Source: Verrucomicrobiales bacterium (GTDB taxonomy: Bacteria; Verrucomicrobiota; Verrucomicrobiia; Verrucomicrobiales; V1-33). Taken from it: 18,884 bases of DNA. Of the stretch, positions 8,270 to 16,760 are shown piece by piece. The position numbers and the translations under genes are program-made. The notes under the pieces were generated by a model, which had not been told where the DNA came from, did not search any database, and saw nothing but the letters and a program-made list of their open reading frames with translations. Positions within the stretch are counted from its first letter, which is position 1; each line of letters opens with the position of its first letter. Where the stretch lies: NCBI GenBank assembly GCA_031411295.1, contig JANOAV010000114.1, positions 1 to 18,884 on the forward strand, given 5' to 3'.

Positions 8270-10231
8270 ATGATGTTCGTGCACCTCTTTTCATTAATCC
8301 TTCTTATTAGCCTAACTGGTTCCGTCATGGCTCAAGAAGGAATTCACACCACCCGAAAATCGGAACGCCTGCTGCCGCTCCCCAAGGAGGAAGGCGTGTT
8401 CCATTTCCTCATCTACGGGGATCGCACGGGCGGCCCACCAGAGGGACTGGAAGTGCTGCGACAAGCCGTGAAGGACTCCAATATGTTGGATCCTGATCTG
8501 GTGATAAACGTGGGAGACATGGTCCCTGGATATGGTGGCACCGAGGAATGGTTGCACGACACCAACGAATATAAGGGCATCATGCAGGACTTGAAAATGC
8601 CGTGGTTCCCCGTGGCCGGAAATCACGATATCTACTGGCGGGGAGCCAATCGGCCACCGTTGGAGCACGAAGCCAATTACGAAAAGCACTTCGGCCCGCT
8701 CTGGTATTGGTTCAAACACAAGGACACTGGATTCCTCGTGCTCTACACAGATGAAGGAGATGCCAGCAAGGGACCCAAAGATTTCACCAAAGCATCGCAG
8801 AACCAGATGAGTCCAACGCAACTCGACTGGCTCAAGCAATCCCTCCAGGAAATGAAAGGCCTCAAGAATGTGATGGTCTTTATGCACCATCCCCGGTGGA
8901 TTGAGAAAACCTATCAAGGCACCAATTGGGACGCCGTGCACCAGGCTCTGGTGGCTGCGGGAAACGTGAAGGCCGTCTTTGCGGGACATATCCATCGTTT
9001 AAATTACGGCGGCAATAAGGACGGCATCGAATACTTCGCCCTGGCCACGACGGGAGGTGGCTCGGTGGGCAATTATCCAGGTGCTGGCTACATTCATCAC
9101 ATGAATCTGGTAACCGTCCGTCCCGAAGGTATTCATGTTAGTGTTCTGCCAGTCGGCCAAGTCCTCGACCCGCGGATATATACGATGGAACGCCAGGACG
9201 ACATCGACAAGGCCCGCGCGGTGAGCCCGCAATTGCTCTCGCCCCGCATTCCCTTGGATGAGGCGGGCCTGGGCGCTGGGTTGGTGCAATTCCGCCTGGA
9301 AAACACCTCCAAACAGGCGCTCGAACTCAATCTCATTCCAGACCAAACCAATGGCGAGTGGTTCTTTGCTCCGGACCACATTCATACGCGCCTCGAGGTC
9401 GGTGAGACCAAGGATTTCAGCGTCACCATCGCCAGGCTGAAGCAGGGCTATGATCAAGGACTAACACTGCCGGTGGTCAATGTGGAAACAGATTACCTAA
9501 CCGAAGGAGCGCGGGTCACCCTGCCCCCACGCAAAGTCAATTTTCCCATCGGGATGAAAACCCCGGACCCAGACTTTTTTGCTCCGGCCGCCGAGAATCA
9601 AGCCCTGACGCTTAATGGTCGCAGCGCCTATCGGGTGGAGATGAGCCCCAAGGAACTGCCCGATGGCCCGTTTACGGTGGAAGCCTGGGTCAAGACCACG
9701 ACGGAACAAGGCACGGCTCCTTTCGTCGCCAAGACGGAGCAATCGGAGTTCGCGCTGAACCTAGCCAACAACATTCCGGGATTCCATTGTCACTTGGGCA
9801 AGAAATACATCAGTGCGATTGCGGCCACGGATCAAGTCTTGCCTGCGGGCAAATGGAATCACCTCGCAGGCGTCTTCGATGGCGCGGAAATGCGACTTTA
9901 CGTAAATGGTAAAGTTGCGGCCAAAGTTCCCGCCTCCGGCCCGCGCTCCACCAACGTCCTGCCCATGTATATCGGGGCGGACCCTGATGCCAAATCCCTC
10001 CCCACCCAGTTCTTCACTGGCAGTGTGGATGAAGTGCGCCTCAGCACTGTAGCGCGTTATGCTGCTGAATTCACTCCGGCGGAACGATTCAGCCGGGATG
10101 AGCACACGCTCTATCTCTTCCATTGCGACAAAGAGATCGGTCCGTTTATCCCCAGCGACTCCGCAGGGAATCGCTACGCCACCAAGAGTGGTCAACCGAC
10201 CTTTGCCCCAGCTAAAATCCAGCAGAACTAA
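8270..10231 (+). CDS. Secreted calcineurin-like metallophosphoesterase with C-terminal LamG-like domain
   Basis: Signal peptide MMFVHLFSLILLISLTGSVMA/Q. Metallophosphoesterase motifs GD, GD, GNHD, HHP, GHIH. LamG motifs FTVEAWV, GKWNHLAGVFDG, LYVNG, F.GSVDEVRLS. The ORF extends upstream to 8186. Confidence 0.88.
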   Translation: MMFVHLFSLILLISLTGSVMAQEGIHTTRKSERLLPLPKEEGVFHFLIYGDRTGGPPEGLEVLRQAVKDSNMLDPDLVINVGDMVPGYGGTEEWLHDTNEYKGIMQDLKMPWFPVAGNHDIYWRGANRPPLEHEANYEKHFGPLWYWFKHKDTGFLVLYTDEGDASKGPKDFTKASQNQMSPTQLDWLKQSLQEMKGLKNVMVFMHHPRWIEKTYQGTNWDAVHQALVAAGNVKAVFAGHIHRLNYGGNKDGIEYFALATTGGGSVGNYPGAGYIHHMNLVTVRPEGIHVSVLPVGQVLDPRIYTMERQDDIDKARAVSPQLLSPRIPLDEAGLGAGLVQFRLENTSKQALELNLIPDQTNGEWFFAPDHIHTRLEVGETKDFSVTIARLKQGYDQGLTLPVVNVETDYLTEGARVTLPPRKVNFPIGMKTPDPDFFAPAAENQALTLNGRSAYRVEMSPKELPDGPFTVEAWVKTTTEQGTAPFVAKTEQSEFALNLANNIPGFHCHLGKKYISAIAATDQVLPAGKWNHLAGVFDGAEMRLYVNGKVAAKVPASGPRSTNVLPMYIGADPDAKSLPTQFFTGSVDEVRLSTVARYAAEFTPAERFSRDEHTLYLFHCDKEIGPFIPSDSAGNRYATKSGQPTFAPAKIQQN

Positions 10232-10234
10232 CCG

Positions 10235-11134
10235 ATGGCAGAACCGCTCTATGCAGCCATCGAAGCTGGCGGCACCAAATTCGTCTGTGCGGTGGGCACG
10301 GGCCCGGATGACGTCCGGGAGGAGGCGCGTCTGCCGACCACCACCCCTGGAGAAACGTTAGCGGCGGTGATCGGGCACTTTAAAAAATGTCAGGCAAAGC
10401 ACGGTGAAATTTCCGCGTTAGGCATCGGGACATTTGGCCCGGCCGGGGTGGATCGGACTGCTCCCGACTATGGGAAAATCACCACCACGCCGAAGCCCGG
10501 CTGGGCAGACACAGATCTGCTGGGAACCTTGTTGGCGGAATTTTCCGTGCCTGCTGGTTTTGATACGGATGTCAATGCCGCCGCGCTGGGCGAATTCCGC
10601 TGGGGCGCAGCCCAAGGGATTGGCAGCGTGCTCTACCTTACCATCGGCACCGGCATTGGCGGCGGATATTGCCTCAACGGCCAACCGCTGCACGGCTTGC
10701 TCCATCCCGAGATGGGCCACATTTATGTCCCCCATGACCGCGTGCGCGATCCCTTCCCGGGGGCTTGTCCATGGCACGCCGACTGCCTGGAAGGCCTGGC
10801 CAGTGGAACCGCCATGCTGGAACGCTGGCAAACTGGTGGACGCAATTTACCTCCCGACCATCCCGCTTGGGAACTGGAGGCCACTTACCTCGGTCTGGCC
10901 TGCGCCAATTTCCTCTGCACCCTGTCACCGCAACGCATCATCCTTGGCGGTGGCGTGATGGAGGCACCCGGTCTGCTAGCCAAAGTCCGCCAAGCCACCG
11001 GCCGAAGCTTGGCGGACTATCTGCGCCACCCGGAAATTGCCGCAGGACTTGAATCCATCATCGTCGCGCCCGGCTTGGGGAATCGGTCCGGCCTGTGCGG
11101 GGCCCTGGCGCTGGCGGAAGCGGCGTGCAGATGA
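10235..11134 (+). CDS. ROK family sugar kinase, probable fructokinase
   Basis: IEAGGTK, DVNAAALGE, GTGIGGG, HPEMGH and CPWHADCLEG, the Zn motif of YdhR/ScrK-type ROK fructokinases. Confidence 0.9.
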   Translation: MAEPLYAAIEAGGTKFVCAVGTGPDDVREEARLPTTTPGETLAAVIGHFKKCQAKHGEISALGIGTFGPAGVDRTAPDYGKITTTPKPGWADTDLLGTLLAEFSVPAGFDTDVNAAALGEFRWGAAQGIGSVLYLTIGTGIGGGYCLNGQPLHGLLHPEMGHIYVPHDRVRDPFPGACPWHADCLEGLASGTAMLERWQTGGRNLPPDHPAWELEATYLGLACANFLCTLSPQRIILGGGVMEAPGLLAKVRQATGRSLADYLRHPEIAAGLESIIVAPGLGNRSGLCGALALAEAACR

Positions 11135-11159
11135 TTCCCAAAGTGCCGCAGTCAACCCC

Positions 11160-11804
11160 ATGAAAATCGTCTGTCTTTCCGATACCCATGGCCTGCATCA
11201 CCTCGTGCAATCCATCCCGGACGGTGATGTCCTCGTCCACGCGGGCGACTGCACCGGGCATGGGCGTTTCGATCAAGCCCAGGAATTTATCGACTGGTTT
11301 GCGGCTTTCCCGCACCGTCACAAGCTTTTCTGTGCCGGAAATCACGATAAAATTTTCGAACAAAGCGGAATCGAAGACATGCGATTACCCAGCAACATGC
11401 ATTATCTCGAGGACTCCGGCGTGGCATTGGAGGGGGTGAAATTTTGGGGTTCGCCCGTGCAGCCGGAATTCTTTGATTGGAGCTTCAATCGCCAACGCGG
11501 AGCGCAGATAGCCGCGCACTGGCGGCTCATTCCTGACGACACCCAAATTCTGATCACCCACGGCCCCGCCTATGGTCATCTGGATAACGTGTTCCGACGC
11601 GAGGGGATCATTCCCCAAGGCTGTGAGGAGTTGCGGAAGACGATTGATAACCGCCTGAAAAATCTTCGGGCTCACATCTTCGGCCATCTTCACTATCAGG
11701 GCGGTCAGAGTTACGAAAAAGATGGGGTGATCTATGTCAACGCGGCCCTCCTCGACGAAAGATATGTCATGACACGGCGGCCTCAGGTGATAGAGATCAA
11801 CTGA
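11160..11804 (+). CDS. Metallophosphoesterase, MPPED/239FB-like
   Basis: MKIVCLSDTH, HAGD, AGNHD, ITHGP and FGHLH motifs. ATG 11160 avoids overlap with the ROK gene. Confidence 0.9.
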   Translation: MKIVCLSDTHGLHHLVQSIPDGDVLVHAGDCTGHGRFDQAQEFIDWFAAFPHRHKLFCAGNHDKIFEQSGIEDMRLPSNMHYLEDSGVALEGVKFWGSPVQPEFFDWSFNRQRGAQIAAHWRLIPDDTQILITHGPAYGHLDNVFRREGIIPQGCEELRKTIDNRLKNLRAHIFGHLHYQGGQSYEKDGVIYVNAALLDERYVMTRRPQVIEIN

Positions 11805-11805
11805 T

Positions 11806-11834
11806 TTGACACGAACCAGGTCTCCGCGAATTAT
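11806..11834 (+). promoter_or_regulatory. Putative sigma70 promoter giving a leaderless transcript
   Basis: TTGACA-N17-AATTAT-N5-ATG(11840); no Shine-Dalgarno sequence is visible. Confidence 0.5.
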
Positions 11835-11839
11835 TCCCC

Positions 11840-12670
11840 ATGGCCTACAAATTTCCCCCTGTTCCGCAAGGAGACGCCGCTACTCCGACGAAAGGCACCC
11901 GTCATCTCTCGGCTGAAGAGAAGTTGGCGTTGGTGCGACGTGTGGATGCGGGGGAAACCCAGACCGCCATTGCCAAGGAGTTCGGCATCAGCCGACAAGC
12001 TGTCTTCATCATGGTCCAAGGGGCCAAGCGCGCCCTGGCGGAAGGACGTCCGGTCGGCAAGATTGGCCGGGCCATTCAGCATCCCCTGGATGCTCAGCAG
12101 TTGGAACAACTGCGCACCATCGTGACCACCCAAACTCCGGCAGAAGCCAAGATTCCAGGCGACCATCCAGGCTGGACCGCCAAGGCGGCACGCGCGTTGG
12201 TGAAGCGCCTCTTCGGCCGGGGCAGCCAAGCAGCCCAGTTGCACGATCGCCTGCGGGCTTGGGGTGTTTTCAAGAGTGATTACATCCCCATGGACCTCTA
12301 TCCGGAAATGTCCCCAGAGTTGAAGGCCTATCTTGAATCCGACATCGGCAAAGAAGTGACCCGACGAGAGCAGGAATGGATTGCCAAAGAACGGGCGCGC
12401 TTCGAGTTGGAAGGGCCCAAGAAAAGACAACTAGGACGCCCCCGTAAAGACCCGCTGCCAACGCCTCCCGGCTTGGTTGACGATGACGACAACATTTCAC
12501 TGGAAGACATGGAACGCAGCATCAAGCAGATGCAGGAAACCATGGGGAAACGAAAAATCGATCAAGTTAAGGCTCGCTATCAACCACCCGCACCAGGCCA
12601 GCGCTCAGGCAAACACGCCTTGAATAATCGGGGAGCAAAGGTGCAACCCAAGAAAAAGAAACGGCGTTAG
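11840..12670 (+). CDS. HTH DNA-binding protein with IS630-transposase-like N-terminal HTHs and no DDE domain
   Basis: LSAEEKLALV...GETQTAIAKEFGISRQAV (HTH), LDAQQLEQL, then GWTAKAARALVKRLFG...LHDRLRAWG (second HTH). Basic tail with GRPRK and PKKKKRR. Confidence 0.7.
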   Translation: MAYKFPPVPQGDAATPTKGTRHLSAEEKLALVRRVDAGETQTAIAKEFGISRQAVFIMVQGAKRALAEGRPVGKIGRAIQHPLDAQQLEQLRTIVTTQTPAEAKIPGDHPGWTAKAARALVKRLFGRGSQAAQLHDRLRAWGVFKSDYIPMDLYPEMSPELKAYLESDIGKEVTRREQEWIAKERARFELEGPKKRQLGRPRKDPLPTPPGLVDDDDNISLEDMERSIKQMQETMGKRKIDQVKARYQPPAPGQRSGKHALNNRGAKVQPKKKKRR

Positions 12671-12724
12671 ATCGGGGTTCTCGGTAGAAATTTTCTGCCT
12701 GACGAACGGCCGGATCACATTTCC

Positions 12725-12750
12725 TGTAACCTCCGCCTGCGAATCCGTCA
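12725..12750 (+). promoter_or_regulatory. Putative ECF-type promoter of the kinase-sigma locus
   Basis: TGTAAC-N15-CGTCA, with the AAC -35 and CGT -10 typical of ECF promoters, 9 nt before the GTG. The spacer is slightly short. Confidence 0.45.
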
Positions 12751-12759
12751 GGAACTTGT

Positions 12760-15700
12760 GTGAACCCAAAACTCTGCCCCACCTGCTCCGCTCCCATTCC
12801 CGCCGCCGCTCCCGGTGGCTTCTGCCCGGCGTGCCTGTTGCGCGATGCCGCCGAGCCTGCTGCCACTGGCCAGTCCGCGCCCTCGTTGGAGGAAGTGGCG
12901 GCGGCATTTCCCACGCTGGAAATCATAGCGCTCATCGGTCAGGGCGGCATGGGATCGGTTTATAAAGTGCGTCAGCCTAACTTGGACCGCGTCGTGGCGC
13001 TGAAGCTGCTGGCACCAGAACTCAGCCGTGACCCGGCCTTTGCCGAGCGTTTCGCGCGGGAGGCCCGGGTGTTGGGGAAATTGAATCATCCTAATATTGT
13101 GAGCATTTATGAGCATGGGCGGAGTGACGGAAGGGACTTAAAGGACGGAAGCGACTCAAAGGACGGTGGCTTTTACTATCTCATCATGGAATACGTGGAC
13201 GGCGTGAACCTCCGCCAAGCCATGCGGGCTGGGCGCTTCACGCCGGAGCAAGCCCTGGCCATCGTGCCTGGCATCTGCGATGCCCTGCAAGCTGCCCACG
13301 CCCAGGGCATCTGGCATCGGGACATCAAGCCGGAGAACATCCTGCTGGATCAACGCGGCGGAGTGAAAATCGCAGACTTCGGCATCGCGCGGCTGGTGGG
13401 AGATCAGACGAGAAATTTCACCCTAACCGGCACCGGCAACGCCCTGGGCAGCATCGCCTATATGGCCCCGGAACAACACGAAAGCCCCCACACCGTGGAC
13501 CATCGCGCAGACATCTACAGCCTCGGCGTGGTGATCTATGAAATGCTAACCGGAGAGCTTCCCCTCGGCCGCTTCCCTGCCCCCAGCCAACGCGCAGCCG
13601 TCAGCGCGAGGATCGATGAGATTGTATTCCAGACCTTGGAGAAAGAACGTGAACTCCGCCAGCAAAGCGCCACGGAGGTGAAGACGGATGTGCAGAGCGT
13701 CAGGGAAATCAATCGTGATCCATTGCCAATGCCTCCAGTAAGGAGCGACTGGACCGCCCGCAGCACAGCCAAGGCAGCCATGCTGGGAGGATTCGTGCTG
13801 TTCTTGTCAGCCACAATTTTCACGCGTGGCTCCACTCAAGCGCTTTTGCTAGCTCTCTCCGCAGTTCCCATTGTGCTGGGATTCCTCGGATGGTTGTTTT
13901 TGCCAAAACCAGCGCTGACAGTGGAGGGAGTTTTGCGTGAAATGAATCGGCTAGCCAACGAATATCTTACGGAGAAATTTCGCGAACTCCTTGCCTCTGG
14001 TTCGCCTCTTGCCGCACCTGAGTCATTTCAATTTGGCCGACAACTACTGCAAGGCACACTAATCAAATTCCATCGCGGACAAACCCGACCCCCGGATTTC
14101 ATGAATCGGCCGCAAGTAACTCTGGTGGCTGAGTTGCTGCGATCCAATGGAGATCGGGAGTCGGTCGAATGCCTCTTCCGAGCGGAAGCGGAGGGCTGGA
14201 GGTTGGTGGATTGCCAGGTGGGAGAGCTAACAGGTGACGGCGCGAGAATAGGGGTGCGATCAATTGATGAATCGAAGGGAAAACAAAAGCCTTCCGCAGG
14301 CCCGCAACCACCGTCCCTAACGCCTACGATCATCAGCCATTTTGCGCTCTTCGCACTACTGTGCTCCCTATTTTTCCTGGTTGTCCCGCGTTTCAACGAA
14401 ATTTTCAAGGAAATGGGGGAACCGCTAAGCAACTACGTCCACGTCCGCGTTCCCGGTCCAATTAATACGATTACCCTGCTCATCCTCTTCGGGTTGGTGG
14501 ATATTTACATTTGTTTCTTTGCGCGGAAATCAGGCGGAGCAAGGGTTCTACGTCGATGGTCCATGACCGTCATAGGGTTACTGGTCACGGTTTTCGCGCT
14601 GACGACAGTGGCGTTATGGTTGCCGATGAGAAAAATGGTATCGGAACTGGATTCGAATCCAGAACAAAGTTTCTACGAATGGAGCAAAGACGGCTACTGG
14701 GTTCTGGACGTTGAAGAGTCCAAGCAACTCAGCAACACCCCGCCCGCAGCAAAGCTCCTGCATGAGTTTATTGGCACCGGAAACGGCAAGGCAATGGGAG
14801 GAACAGAGCAGTCACTCACTGTCGCAAAGCATCAGGTGATCTGGAGAACAGAAAGCGGTAAATTGCTGACCCCGATTCAACCCATTGGAACCACCCCGGC
14901 AGACGTTGATCTAAATCTGACTTTTAAAAATGAAGCTATTTCTTGGAATGTCCGCCTGAGTCGGCAAGGAGAGGATCGGTTGCATGTCACCCCGGTGAAT
15001 ACGGATGAGAAAACCTTCGTGACCGCGCCTCGCTTTACACTCGTCTTCAAGCGTCACGACTCCACCAGCCCTAGGAACCTTCCGTTGGCTACAAAAAACG
15101 GAGGACCGGGACGCCTTACCACTGCAGAAACCATCATCAATGGAGTCCGGACGAAGGAAGTGCGTTTTGAGACCGACACTGGTGAAATTTTTCCAAGTGT
15201 GGAAGCCGCTAATCAGGCATTGAAAGACCGCGCCTTGGCCAAAGCTCAACCGGAGGCTGCTCCCGCAGTTCCTTTCCTCAAATGGGTGCAGGGCGAGTGG
15301 GTCATGGATCGGGCAGCCACAATGAGAGCGCGGGCTGCATTAGGAATCACCGGTGATGAGCCTCAAGGGAAGCTGCTGCATCTCCGTTTCACCACCACGC
15401 AGTTTGAAATGTGGAACACGAAGGAAGAAGCACCAGAGGCGGCTAGTGCTCCCTACGGATTTCATCGGTGCGCCCTGCCTGCGCCGGGCGCTGACGATCC
15501 CGCCGACTCTTTGGTGGTGAATTTGAAGCCGGGTGATTCGAGCGCTAAACTTGGTTTCTCTAAGGATGCCAATGGTCTGCTCCGAGGGATCTTTTTTGAA
15601 GGACAGGACCAATATTTTGTGATGTTTAAACGGAGCGACGCGGAGCCGCCCAAACGCACAATCCCAGCAAGCAACAAATGGCCAACCATGCCCGACTACG

Positions 15701-16473
15701 ATGCCACCTTTGCCAACATAGCTAGCTCCAACATCCGTGATAACAGCACCGCTCTTGAGTCCTTCAAGATACTTCAGGGCAACGAAGAAAGCATTGGCTC
15801 ATTGATTCGCCAACATGAGACAGGCACGCCGCTGTTCTGGGGCTCTGTCATCCGGTCAATGTCGGATCAATTGCTTGCCTGCCTCGTCGGCACAGCACTG
15901 GAGCAGCGTGCCGAGTTGCAGCGAAACCGTTACATCTCCTTGTATCAAGCAATGGCAGCAAAGGATTGGACCAAGGCGGAGACGTTGTTCAAAGAACGTC
16001 CTGACAAGGACTTCGAGCACGACCTGCGCCAACTTCTGGATAGTGAAAATAAACGCAGGTTTCCTCTTCTAAATGAGGTAAACCAGGATTTAATTAATTC
16101 TGAGAAGGCTTCTCCAGATGCGTATGGAGCCGCGCAACTTGATCGACTGCCAGATTCTGGTGAGTCTAGTGGCAGGTGGTCTGCTAGCGTGGTTCTTCTT
16201 GATGCGGGCAACACGGGCACCGCAAATGATGATTTTTCAATCGCTTTGATTGGACGGGAAAACGATCTAACAATATGGGAAAAAAAGCTTCAGTCATCCA
16301 GCAAGGGCAAAAGTTTTGCTGAGATCGAAGGGAAGACTTATGACCTTAATCTCGGGCGTGTATTTGTTGTGTCACAAGCCCGTGTCAAACAAATATCCAC
16401 TCCTTTCCCGAAGGAGTTGGATGATAAATTCATCTCTGGGACGATCCACCTGAACTTTCAGATCGCAAAATGA
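12760..16473 (+). CDS. ECF-associated membrane Ser/Thr kinase with N-terminal C4 Zn finger, about 5 TM segments and a multidomain C-terminus
   Basis: CPTC...CPACLL, GQGGMGSVY, VALK, HRDIKPEN, DFG, YMAPE and DIYSLG motifs. Hydrophobic segments at about 13775-13900 and 14330-14625. The stop overlaps the next ATG (ATGA). Confidence 0.93.
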   Translation: MNPKLCPTCSAPIPAAAPGGFCPACLLRDAAEPAATGQSAPSLEEVAAAFPTLEIIALIGQGGMGSVYKVRQPNLDRVVALKLLAPELSRDPAFAERFAREARVLGKLNHPNIVSIYEHGRSDGRDLKDGSDSKDGGFYYLIMEYVDGVNLRQAMRAGRFTPEQALAIVPGICDALQAAHAQGIWHRDIKPENILLDQRGGVKIADFGIARLVGDQTRNFTLTGTGNALGSIAYMAPEQHESPHTVDHRADIYSLGVVIYEMLTGELPLGRFPAPSQRAAVSARIDEIVFQTLEKERELRQQSATEVKTDVQSVREINRDPLPMPPVRSDWTARSTAKAAMLGGFVLFLSATIFTRGSTQALLLALSAVPIVLGFLGWLFLPKPALTVEGVLREMNRLANEYLTEKFRELLASGSPLAAPESFQFGRQLLQGTLIKFHRGQTRPPDFMNRPQVTLVAELLRSNGDRESVECLFRAEAEGWRLVDCQVGELTGDGARIGVRSIDESKGKQKPSAGPQPPSLTPTIISHFALFALLCSLFFLVVPRFNEIFKEMGEPLSNYVHVRVPGPINTITLLILFGLVDIYICFFARKSGGARVLRRWSMTVIGLLVTVFALTTVALWLPMRKMVSELDSNPEQSFYEWSKDGYWVLDVEESKQLSNTPPAAKLLHEFIGTGNGKAMGGTEQSLTVAKHQVIWRTESGKLLTPIQPIGTTPADVDLNLTFKNEAISWNVRLSRQGEDRLHVTPVNTDEKTFVTAPRFTLVFKRHDSTSPRNLPLATKNGGPGRLTTAETIINGVRTKEVRFETDTGEIFPSVEAANQALKDRALAKAQPEAAPAVPFLKWVQGEWVMDRAATMRARAALGITGDEPQGKLLHLRFTTTQFEMWNTKEEAPEAASAPYGFHRCALPAPGADDPADSLVVNLKPGDSSAKLGFSKDANGLLRGIFFEGQDQYFVMFKRSDAEPPKRTIPASNKWPTMPDYDATFANIASSNIRDNSTALESFKILQGNEESIGSLIRQHETGTPLFWGSVIRSMSDQLLACLVGTALEQRAELQRNRYISLYQAMAAKDWTKAETLFKERPDKDFEHDLRQLLDSENKRRFPLLNEVNQDLINSEKASPDAYGAAQLDRLPDSGESSGRWSASVVLLDAGNTGTANDDFSIALIGRENDLTIWEKKLQSSSKGKSFAEIEGKTYDLNLGRVFVVSQARVKQISTPFPKELDDKFISGTIHLNFQIAK
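13126..13166 (+). repeat. In-frame 18-nt tandem repeat (about 2.3 copies) inside the kinase domain
   Basis: GACGGAAGGGACTTAAAG / GACGGAAGCGACTCAAAG / GACGG encodes DGRDLK-DGSDSK-DG. Confidence 0.8.
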
Positions 16474-16511
16474 CCCATCGATTCCATCCCACCCAATGGA
16501 CTCTGGTCCTA
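16470..16511 (+). pseudogene. 14-codon ECF sigma factor N-terminal stub
   Basis: MTHRFHPTQWTLVL aligns without gaps to MISSFQNTQWTLVL of the sigma at 17032. Its ATG overlaps the kinase stop, and similarity ends 9 bp before the vapC stop. Confidence 0.8.
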
Positions 16512-16520
16512 CAGCGGACT

Positions 16521-16742
16521 TCAGGGCCCGACGGTCATTCCCTCGGCGGAGGCCAGCGCTCGTTGCTTGCCATCGAAACTCCAGAATTCCGTGGCTCCGA
16601 GGAGTTTGGCGGCTGCGATGTGCAGGATGTCGTAGGCTCGATTACCAATAGTCTCAGTATGATTCTTTGCCAGAACTGTGGCCTTCGAGAAGATTGCGTC
16701 TGCCACAATGTCTGTATGCAAGCTGGTATCGACGCAAATCAT
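16521..16742 (-). pseudogene. vapC: VapC/PIN-domain toxin with a large internal in-frame deletion (73 aa)
   Basis: The PIN N-terminus MICVDTS is joined directly to the C-terminal half (RAYDILHIAAAKLLGA.EFWSFD.KQRALA.AEG). Typical VapC is about 130-140 aa, and the central region with the conserved Glu is absent. Confidence 0.8.
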
Positions 16743-16760
16743 GATGCGATCATCAGCAAA

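Noticed and set aside
12647..12667. PKKKKRR as an SV40-like nuclear localisation signal of an effector
   Set aside because: Basic tails are common in bacterial nucleic-acid-binding proteins, and there is no secretion evidence.
11840..12670. Active IS630 element
   Set aside because: No DDE domain, no second ORF and no terminal inverted repeats were seen.
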